In this document: one piece after another, positions 54,201 through 64,000 of the stretch
How positions within the stretch are numbered: position 1 is the first letter of the stretch
Layout: each line of letters starts with the position of its first letter
DNA from: Squatina squatina
Lineage: Eukaryota
Direction of reading: 5' to 3'
Length of the DNA: 64,000 bases
Assembly (NCBI GenBank): GCA_031763465.1
Contig: JARFOE010000013.1
Location: forward strand, 4,118,797-4,182,796
Made by a program: the position numbers and the translations under genes
Notes under the pieces: generated by a model
The model's input: only the letters and a program-made list of their open reading frames with translations
What the model was told of the DNA's origin: nothing
Database searches by the model: none

Positions 54201-55249
54201 ATATAGGAAGCAGGTTACTGACCCGCTGTCCCTGCACAACTTCTTCCAAGTCTTACCATCTTGATGGCAAGCAAGAAGGGATCAAACGACACTGCTCTCC
54301 TGGTTAGCAATCACGCTGGCTGCACATTATTGTGTGGCTGCATATAGTGACACAAGTCCTGGCCAGAACGGTGACGAAGGGGGAATCCCCCTGTCAATCA
54401 CTGCTATAAGATTGATTTTACGCTCATCATTTGTATTGTGTGACTATCCTCCACTCACTGTATTTTGCTGGAGAAATCACCCTGCTCCAATCAGGAGATA
54501 TTGCTGCAGTTTTGGTCATGAGCTCAATTTGTTGTAGTTTGTGGACTCATGTTAAATAGACTCTGTAGACTGTTCACTGCAGTGCGCTGTTTAAATAGAC
54601 TCTGCTGTTTGCTGAGCAAATAGACACTGCTTGTTGTGAGTCCTGCCATAAGTCCCACCCCAAGCGCTGACACACCTCCAACTCATTGGCTGCCACCCTG
54701 CACTATTGTGCTGTCCCATAGCAAAAACATAACCTTAATTCTCATTAAAATGCAGTTCCCTCTGGAAGATTGACTCGCCAGCACAATCCTCAGATGAGAG
54801 CTGTTGTTAAATATGTCACAAAAGGTTGTGTCTGAGGTGGGAGGCGGGGGCCAGATTGAATCATTCAAGTGATCCAGGCCCCCACCACTTTGCATTTTGC
54901 AGAACTGATTAATGCAATCTACAGTTCCGAGGCATTATATTAAAGAGAGTTTTAGTTGATAAAATTGTTCTAAAAATAATGCAAGATATTATTTTACAAA
55001 AGCATGACACCAATTTTAATCAACATTTGCAAACGCAAGCTATATTTTTAACTACTTTGAAAGAGAGCAATCAAGCTTTCTTTTTGCATTCCACCTCTCT
55101 TCTGGGAGTCTCCAAAGACTCACTTATTTTTTCTGTTTAATTCCAGGTCNNNNNNNNNNNNNNNNNNNNNNNNNNNNNNNNNNNNNNNNNNNNNNNNNNN
55201 NNNNNNNNNNNNNNNNNNNNNNNNNNNNNNNNNNNNNNNNNNNNNNNNN

Positions 55250-55495
55250 AGTGAAATGAGAAAGCCCTTTTCCACACGAAGGATAATGGAAATCTGAAAC
55301 TCTGCCCTAAAATGCTTTCGATGCTGAGTCAATTGTAATTTTGAAGACCAAGATCGATAGATTTTTCTAGGTAAGGGTTGCAAGGGATATGGAGCAAAGG
55401 TGGGGAAATGGAATTGAGGGATAGATCTGCCATGACCTAATTAAATGGTGGAACAGGCTGGAAGGAGTGAATGGCCTACCCCAGTTGCTATGTTT
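55250..55495 (+). mobile_element. CR1 LINE 3' end
   Basis: FSTRRIMEI*NSLP...ILKTKIDRFFLGKG, then gaatggcctac...ctatg tail. Confidence 0.7.
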
Positions 55496-56787
55496 TTAAA
55501 AAATCCCTATTTATCCCGAGTAAAAATAAAAATCCGACATGCCTTTTTAAACTTTACAGAAAAGTCACACTTTGAGGCAATCCCAGAGATTGATTAGAAG
55601 GCAGAATGCACTGCCTTCACCAGCTTCATGTTGAGATTTATCTTGTTTTACTACCTCCATTATATTTCTTGTATGGAGAAAGGATATTTACCCGTAGCCT
55701 GTGACATTTCTGTTGCCATTATATGTTATCAAAGTCCTCCCTGGGCAGGGAGCTGTCAGGAGTAGTTTTGACAGGCTAAATCTCGCTAACATAGAATTCC
55801 TGAGTGTTGATTAAACACAAATTCTGTGTGTTTGCTTCAAGCTTTGTGACCATATGTGTTCCATTTGACAGAGAGCAACATTACAGTAAAGGTTGCCACT
55901 TTGGCAGTTTTTCTTCCCTTTTAATCCACCGTAAAATCTTCATTGACTCTCAATGAGAATGACGGGCTCCCAATTTATTATTTTCTTTCTACCCTCTCCC
56001 CTACATGCTCGCTGAAATGAAGGGTGTACCTTTGAGGAAATAAAATTCAAAGCATGTTTTTTTTTAAATGCGTTGCACTTCAAATTTGTTATCACAGTGC
56101 AGCATTGTAGGTGACCTTGTAAGTAACTTGTGGTAAGTTCAGAACTCTTTCTGAAATAGGGAGCATTGAATGTATCCTGGAAAGTGACTTGCTCGCTGCC
56201 GGAATTTATGGTGCTCATTTCTGAGCGGGCTGAGGGTGATCAGATTGTGTTCACAGATATTAGAAATTCCCCCTGCGACCAACTGCAAACTGGGGTCTAT
56301 GCACCTTCACAGAAGGCTCTAGTGTCTTCTGATTAAAGGTGTAGGACCTATTTGACTTTACCGAAAAAGTCACCATAACATGAGGATCTGTCTTGGATGC
56401 CACATTTTGGAAGCTCTTCAAGATGACGGAGTTTCCCTGTTGGGAACAAAATGTGCCTCTTTCTATCCGCGGGTGCCACTGTTGGTACCAAGCACCCCAA
56501 GTCTGGTATCTTGTTGGGACTGAGATCTATTTTCCAAATCTTCACTGTAAATTTGATTGTGGGTCTGATTTTCCTTTTTAAAATCGAGACCTGGAAATTG
56601 GGTGTGATATGCGGCCTCCTAAGTGATGAAAATGGTGGCAGAAAGCCACTCTTTTGACCCCCTTCCCCAAGGCTCGTGATCGNNNNNNNNNNNNNNNNNN
56701 NNNNNNNNNNNNNNNNNNNNNNNNNNNNNNNNNNNNNNNNNNNNNNNNNNNNNNNNNNNNNNNNNNNNNNNNNNNNNNNNNNCCCGC

Positions 56788-56912
56788 GCTCTTACCTCAG
56801 CCATTGTGCTCCGCTCCTCCAGTGCTCAGGAAAGGCCTCGCAGTTCCTGCGCTCGCTTTAAATTGTGGCCTGACTCTCAAGCTCTTACCTCAGCCACTGT
56901 GCCCCGCTCCTC
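56788..56912. repeat. Direct duplication of a unit of about 32 bp
   Basis: gctcttacctcagcca(t/c)tgtgc(t/c)ccgctcctcc at 56788 and 56881. Confidence 0.7.
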
Positions 56913-56914
56913 CT

Positions 56915-57220
56915 CCCACAAACAGCAATGTGATAATGAGCAGATAATCTGTTTTTTAGTGATGTTGATTGAGGAATAAATATTGGCCAGGACACCAGGG
57001 GTAACTCCCCTGCTCTTCTTTGAAATAGTGCCATGGATCTTTTATGACAGAACAGATGGAACTTTGGTTTAACTTCTCGTCCAAAGAATGGCATCACCAA
57101 TAAAGCAGCATCATCAGTGATACATTGGAATGCCAGCCTACGTTATGTGCTCGGTGTGGGGTTCGAGCTCTCAACCTCCTGACCCAGAGATGCGATTGCT
57201 GCACACTGAGGCAACTTGAC
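56915..57220 (-). mobile_element. tRNA-derived SINE (same family as 21160-21552)
   Basis: Shares cacaaacagcaatg..., ataaatattggccagg..., aactccc...ctcttctt.gaaatagtgccatgg with 21260-21375. Confidence 0.75.
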
Positions 57221-57356
57221 ATTTCCATGAGGTGTATGAGGTGCACAGCAACAATGCAGGAAAGAGTCTCTTATAAGAATCTCTTATATGCAGTAACACA
57301 AAACGACAGTACAAACGAAGAGATTCAAACGTGTGTCTGTTTCTTTTTCATTACAG

Positions 57357-57541
57357 GGAGCAGTCAGTGGCGTACTTCTAGTGACCCCCAACAACATCAT
57401 GTTTGACCCTCATAAGCATGATCCTTTAATAAAAGAACGTGGCTGTGAGGAATATGGCATCATGTGTCCCATGGAGGAGGTCATTTCAGCAGCCATGTAC
57501 GGGGACATTTTGGACAGTAAAGTCAAAGAATCTCTGCCTCC
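57357..57541 (+). CDS. OXR1: Internal exon of an OXR1-like (OXR1/NCOA7 family) gene, GRAM-like region
   Basis: Acceptor ttctttttcattacag, then GAVSGVLLVTPNNIMFDPHKHDPLIKERGCEEYGIMCPMEEVISAAMYGDILDSKVKESLP, then CC|gtaaga (185 nt, phase 0 to 2). Closer to recalled OXR1 (GTVSGVLLVTPNNIMFDPHK...SAAMYKEILDSKIKESLP) than to NCOA7. Confidence 0.93.
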
Positions 57542-58996
57542 GTAAGATCCGACACTTACTATCTGCTAACAGTTATTTAATGCAACAATATGCTACTCCA
57601 TTTGTAGTGATCCAGGATATATTGGCTTTCACGGGGAAGGTGATTGATTAAAATCCCCAATTCTTTGCTCATAGCACTTCCTATCCCACTGGAAAAAACA
57701 CTGGAGTGACTGTTTGAGTTTTCGTTTATTATTTGTACAGTCACTGATTGAAATACCTGAAGCTTCTTTTGGAAGCCTCACTCTCGCTAGCCTCACTTTT
57801 GCTCAAAACGTATGATAAGTGATTGGTTTTTATAAGACAGGATCTTGATGTCCACAGTTGTGAATCAGATGGGGCCTGTATTACACATTTATAATGAGCA
57901 GTGAGGTACCCAGATCCAAGTTACTGTGAATTAAACGTCATTGTAAAATAATAATGATGACTTGCATTAAAGATAGTGTACACTGTAGTTGAAGTCACTA
58001 AAGCTGACTTATTCCTTTTATGCTTTACCATATTTAGGTTTATTTTATTGCCCTGTTCACTCCAAGATTTCCAGTGTAGAATCAGTCATGTTGGAGTCTA
58101 TCCTGGCATGCATCTGGTATATCACTCCGGTAACCTACATCTTCATCTTTTTAAAAACAAAACACATTTGTAAACTTGCTTGAAAATGCGAGCAGAAAGT
58201 ACGAAAGACAGCAGGAATGAAAAATTGCAAAATGAAAGGTTAAAAGTACATGAGGGAATAAGTGTCTGATCAGCATTGATCTGTTGGGCCGCATGGCCTG
58301 TTTCTGTGCTGTAAAAATCAATGTAATTCTATGTGATAATAAAGTCATGCTTCTAGCATGGGTGTGACACCTCAAAAGCAATATGTGTCTATAGGGCAAG
58401 AGATAGTGACTGGTTCATGTAACCACGATCTTCAAGTTCACCATATTGCTTGGTACAGATCAAAAACCAGTCGCATTCACTGGACAGGTGGAACAAGGTA
58501 CAAATCAGCAACAAATAATCAGAACAAAATCAGCCAATGAAATCACTCAATTATTTTCAAAGTTATCGTTCACAAATGTAACACAAAACTGACCGATCAC
58601 ATAGTTAAAAATTCTACTCTGTCTTTAGGCAGCAATGATACTCTTCAAGCTCTGACTTATGTAACTGGTTCTGCTTCCTCTCTGTTCTTTGTAGCTCATT
58701 TTCCTGTGTTTTGTTCCCACTTTTCCTCACACTTTTTCAATAGTCTAATTCTGCGTTGTGTGTATTTCTTTAATTGTTTCTCTTTCCCTTTCTCCTCTTA
58801 ACCCTATTGTGCCATGTCTTTTTTTAAAGTCCTGTTCCTCTCTGACTCTTATTCCCTCATGTACTTTTAACCTTTCATTTTGCAATTTTTCTTNNNNNNN
58901 NNNNNNNNNNNNNNNNNNNNNNNNNNNNNNNNNNNNNNNNNNNNNNNNNNNNNNNNNNNNNNNNNNNNNNNNNNNNNNNNNNNNNNNNNNNNNGCC

Positions 58997-59225
58997 CCTT
59001 GCATTTATATAGTGCACATAATGTAGTGAAATGTCCCATGGCATTTCACAGGAGTATTGAGATTATTAGGGTAATCTGGGGGATAGGGAGGGGACTTGGT
59101 GCGAGTTAGGACACGGGCAGCTGAGTTTTGGATTGCTTAGTTTATGCAGGGTAGAATGTGGGAAGCCAGTGTTGGAATAGTCTAGTCTAGAGGCGACTAA
59201 AGCATGGATGAGGGCTTCAACAATG
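58997..59225 (-). mobile_element. L2-clade LINE 3' fragment
   Basis: The reverse strand gives EALIHALVASRLDYSN...STLHKL (L2 RT C-terminal motif) and a tail ending tatataaatgcaa. Confidence 0.75.
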
Positions 59226-59859
59226 NNNNNNNNNNGTTATGCTGTGGGTATGTGGTCAAAGGCTCATTTTGACACATACTGGTTAAAGAATCTGCTTGGG
59301 AGACTTCTCAGATGGGGCTTGTACTTCGAGTGCCACAGGAAGTTACTTTGGACATAACTTTTTCAGACCTGGCAATGGTGCTACTGCTCTATTTTATAGC
59401 ATGTTGGGAGTTCTAGTGTACTGGCTCACACAGGAATTGGAGTATCCTATTACTCTTTGAACTGTAGTCTTGTGCAAAGTTACAATGTGCATATTCAGTT
59501 TTTGGACTAATTGGCCACTAAAATGTGCACTTGTTGGATCCAGTCTTTGGTTTCTTTTCATGTGTTAATATTTGGATGCCACTTTATATTGACAGCCTGC
59601 AGTTTAACTGGTTTTGATACAAAATACAAATGTTATGCAAACTATTGTAATCATTCTGGGTATACATTTGTGTGTAATCTTTTGGGTCAGAGGTTGTCCT
59701 GTGTTCCTCCAGGATATACGTTACATTCTAATAATCCACCCATTTGTTCAGATCTAGTTGGATCGCTCTTTCAGAGAACCAGCATAGGCACAATGGACCA
59801 AATGGCGTCCTTCTGTGCTGTAGGGTTCTATGAAACCAAATGAATTCAGACCAGTGTAT

Positions 59860-61463
59860 ATATGGTTTCAATAATTTATTCTACTATACATCACCATTAC
59901 ATTGCAGTATTGTGATAATTCTAGGATTATTTTAAATATTTTTTATAGGTAGCTGTAACTCCACAAAGACAATAATACTGCTGTGGAAGACTGAAGGGGA
60001 AGAAAGCTGCTGTATTTATTTACAATTCACTTTCAAAATCTGTAAACATTCAGGCTACATCCTAACAAAGTTACAGAACATTAGGCAAACACAGAACTGA
60101 TGCTCTGTATTTTTCACATTCAGCATAAATAAACATAGTACAGAAAATTAATATGCCCTTTTGAACTGTAGCAGCAAGCTCTCTCCCAGCAGTCCAAAAC
60201 CTTAAATTTGGAAATGTACTATACAAGAATTGCCCGCAACTAAAGCCAGTCGAATGAACTGGCCTGTGTTCATTGTTATCATAATTCAAAGTGCTATAAA
60301 GCAACTCACCATTCCACTTTTCTAAACTGAGGAACAGTACATTTTGTAACTTGAATTTACAGGGTAATATACAATACATCTGGAACAGTTGGATTTTCAG
60401 CACGAAGAAACTCACTGTCACACCCAGAACAGGAAGATTTTTGTAAAACACAATCAGGTTTCAGACTTGACTAAATACAGAGAAAACTTTTGCATTCTTA
60501 AACGGTTTTGTTAATCTAAGACTGCCTTTATCCATTTTCTAGGACGATGACAGGAATGACTGTTATATGTTGCCTGCCAAGGTTGTTTGAGGTCACATGA
60601 CAGTAATCTGCAAATTCCACAAGTCTACAGAATGATCCTACCATCTACAGTACCTACACTATTCTGCTGTAGGGTGGTGTTAGCTGCACTCACAATGTAC
60701 ACCCACTGACAGACAGCACAACTATGGGTACTCAGTATGTGCTTGGGAGTTTGGTGTGCTATGAAGTTAAACAGTAGGATAAATATAGGACCAATAAATA
60801 CTGTATATGCTTCATCACTTTTGCAGGAAGCTACATTGGCATAACAAAAAACCTGCAACATTCTGTTGACAGACATCTATCCAGCAATACACACAGCAAC
60901 ACGAGGCTTCTTTCTCAACACATTTCTATTTCTTCCATTAGTTTTGCAACAAAACTGCATTAGGTATTTTAAAAATAAGANNNNNNNNNNNNNNNNNNNN
61001 NNNNNNNNNNNNNNNNNNNNNNNNNNNNNNNNNNNNNNNNNNNNNNNNNNNNNNNNNNNNNNNNNNNNNNNNNNNNNNNNNNNNNNNNNNNNNNNNNNNN
61101 NNNNNNNNNNNNNNNNNNNNNCAGGGTTCAGTTTGATATCACTGGGCTTGTTATGAATTAGTTTTATATGGACAACAGGCTGGTGTTTTGACTTCTAATA
61201 CATATATATATGTCATATGTAGCAGCAGCACTTATCTTCGGTCACGTTCAATAAGATTCAACTGAAGCATTAACAATTTTGCTCTAATAATCTTTTAACA
61301 AAAGTGGCTGGGTTGTTCTACTGAAGGCAGGAACAAGCAAATACAAGGGAGAATGTGTCTTTTTCCATACGCCTAGATTCGACTTTGCTGCACTGATGCA
61401 TGGTCAGGTTTGGGCCCTACATCCGAGACGTTGAATTTCTTCAGTGCTTACATAAAGATTTTT
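59860..61463 (-). other. OXR1: Probable 3' UTR of the OXR1-like gene with polyadenylation signals
   Basis: AT-rich, largely repeat-free sequence following the stop codon. It is interrupted only by a sized gap of about 140 N. AATAAA occurs on the minus strand at 60015-60020 and 59875-59880. Confidence 0.5.
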
Positions 61464-61599
61464 TCACTCAAAAGCCCATATTTCAATGTCCTGTACATAG
61501 AAGTCTTCCTTTTTTGAAAGGATGCTATTGTCAAATGTTTTACACGAGTGGCTACGCCCATGGTACAGATCCCCATCCAACCACAATCCAATGTCTCCT
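61464..61599 (-). CDS. OXR1: Terminal coding exon of the OXR1-like gene (C-terminal end of TLDc domain)
   Basis: Acceptor gtgttctttacag, one base completing a phase-2 codon, then [44 protein letters not shown] and TGA. This is a TLDc C-terminal signature closest to OXR1. Confidence 0.93.
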
Positions 61600-62753
61600 C
61601 TGTAAAGAACACACACAATTAGTTGGGAGGGCAAAAATGAGCAGAAATATATCAATACTAGTTCAATCAATTTGCACTGGAGAAGTTGCGAAGATTATTT
61701 GCAAGNNNNNNNNNNNNNNNNNNNNNNNNNNNNNNNNNNNNNNNNNNNNNNNNNNNNNNNNNNNNNNNNNNNNNNNNNNNNNNNNNNNNNNNNNNNNNNN
61801 NNNNNGTTCAAAAAAATGAATGTGCACACCACTACAAAATATGGCACCCTCAATTTTTCAAGGGAAATTTAATAAGGTTTTGGCAGCAGACGTGCCCTCA
61901 CTGTACAGAATAAGGAAGAAGTGCAACTACAAGTCAGGAATTCTTAATATGAGAGTCAGAATTCCGATCAAAACAGCTTCACATTAGCTCACACTTGAAT
62001 TTGAAAATCCAGGTACTAATATAAAAAGGTGACCAAAATAAAAAAAACTTAACTTTAAGGACAATCATTTCCCTTTTCTTAATTTTCCTGTGTACTAATC
62101 CAAAAGCTTTAAATTTTCACATGGCTAAAATTTGGCATTGTAATTTCAACACCGCCACTGCCATTATCAATGTACAGTGCAGGATCAGTGCTGCCACTGG
62201 CAAGCTGGGATGCACAGCAATTCAACAATATAGCGTTACTGTTGGAGTCTATGGTGAAAGCTGAGAGGAATGCAGGCAATTAGAGAATTTACTGTAAATA
62301 CACTACATTAAGATGAGGCACAATCATCACAGACTCTGCTCAACTTTCACAATCTCATCAGCATAGATTTTCCTCCACATCAAATTGCACACAAATTCTG
62401 CAGTGATACAAATTAGAGAAACTACTCATTGTCACAATGGTCATGTGATAACGAGCACACAGTTTGCAAGGAACCTACTGTGATATGGAGGGCAGAAAAT
62501 TCCTAATTTTCCCCCATCCCATAATTAACTCCCCTTCATGCAATGTGTTTCATTCAACCAACTATTACACACCACTGCACCACAAGTGTATCCAAAAACA
62601 AGGAATTTTCTGCTTGGCTTTGGTAAAGTGCTGCTGCTGAGGCAAATACAATGTAGGTGTATTTGCCACTGATAAAAATCTGGGATGCATGGAGCCACAT
62701 CTGCTTGAATTCTTTGGGCAAATGTATAATAGGTTTAACTACAGATGGGGCAC

Positions 62754-62834
62754 ATTGAGACGTCTGCAGAGCTTGCGCAGTTCTTCAGCATTAAGAGCAT
62801 CGATCCTGCGATGGTACTCAGTCACTGATACTAC
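62754..62834 (-). CDS. OXR1: 81-nt frame-preserving exon of the OXR1-like gene, upstream of the TLDc domain
   Basis: Acceptor ctgtctctgtattcag, then VVSVTEYHRRIDALNAEELRKLCRRLN (27 aa), then gtgccc. Matches recalled OXR1 VVSVAEYHRRIDALNTEELRTLCRRLQ. Confidence 0.88.
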
Positions 62835-64000
62835 CTGAATACAGAGACAGGANNNNNNNNNNNNNNNNNNNNNNNNNNNNNNNNNNNNNNNNNNNNNNNN
62901 NNNNNNNNNNNNNNNNNNNNNNNNNNNNNNNNNNNNNNNNNNNNNNNNNNNNTTACACAAATTTAGGTTAGTGCATTTATTTTACAGAAATTTACAATTC
63001 ATATGAAAAGTACAAGATTTAGTGCAAAATACAGACTGGCACCGTTTATTCGCCTTATGTTCCGTAATTTATCTGGCAAACATTAGAGATTGGGTTTGTT
63101 GCAAATAGGTCTGTGGTTTGAAAAATCCTCACAACTACAGTTACAGTGAATGGTGAGCTAGAACGGTACGAAGTGTCTGTGTATGCACTAAAATAGATGC
63201 AAATTTTTTTTTAGTAGCATTTAAGTGTCACCTAGGATATTAATGTTATAATAATGCTGTCCAGCTACATTACCGTTGTTGCACTGCAGAAAGAAACTTT
63301 GAGGTGATCAGGCTCTGTATTAATGCAANNNNNNNNNNTTCTGAAAAATTATGGCAACAGAGGTACCCTCAGTGCTTTTCATCTCTTTATTGTGAAGAAT
63401 ATTTAAGCACTCTAATTAAGCCTTGTCAATGCAGATGTTTTGTTTAAGACATCTTGCTATTAGAAAATGCAAACCTGTGAAGTATATTAAATTGTGTTTT
63501 ACTCCTTAAATATCCAGAAGATTTTATGGAACTGTACTTTTATAGCAAAGTCCTATGTAAAATCAGTGTATCAATAACCTATAAATTGGTGTACCAATTT
63601 TGTTCAATCCATTTAATGATAATTGTTGCAGTGCATTGTACAGCTGACATGACTGAGGTGAGATCATGTTATTACAGAAACAAATTTGACTACTTGAACT
63701 TTACAGACCATTTCAAAAGCTGATGTTTGTAATCTTACTCATAAAATGCTCTGCGAACTGATTACTGTCTCCATGGTGACAAAACAGGACATGTCGTTAC
63801 ATAATGATCTCCACTGCTGCCAGCATCCAGCTCTCATTCGCAGCTTGAAATTCAGTGGGTAGCTCATTATTTGGGTCTGTTGAGTAATTTGTACAACTTG
63901 CCTCTCCTCACACATTAAAATGTGAAAGGAGTCTGATTACAGGGCATCTGGTATTGACATAACTGTGGGGGGTAAGGCACCTGTGGGTTTTTCATTACGT

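Noticed and set aside
54551-54630. Three copies of aaatagac(t/a)ctg as MEF2 sites
   Set aside because: They do not fit YTAWWWWTAR and are probably a short local duplication.

Overview
Eukaryotic DNA, most likely from a shark or other cartilaginous fish, judged from its CR1/L2/RTE/Tx1 LINEs, DeuSINE-type tRNA SINEs and Harbinger/hAT relics. The assembly is very fragmented: about 30 fixed 100-N joins plus a few sized gaps, so contig order, orientation and distances are unreliable. Most ORF-track entries are noise or run through gaps. Two real genes are partly visible. (1) The 40-nt first coding exon of a FOG/ZFPM-family gene lies on the minus strand (18419-18458, MSRRKQRNPRQIK, the NuRD-binding motif; not in the ORF track). 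It has a GC-rich, uORF-containing 5' region and a dense cluster of WGATAA sites in the presumed first intron. (2) Three exons of an OXR1-like TLDc gene are present: a GRAM-like exon on + (57357-57541), and the 81-nt cassette exon and terminal exon on - (62754-62834, 61464-61599). These cannot form one collinear gene as assembled. The best leads are a possibly unrecognised FOG/OXR1 paralogue pair, the GATA enhancer cluster, and a putative non-autonomous Tx1 element inserted in a CR1 tail. All family comparisons are from recall of known sequences; no searches were run.
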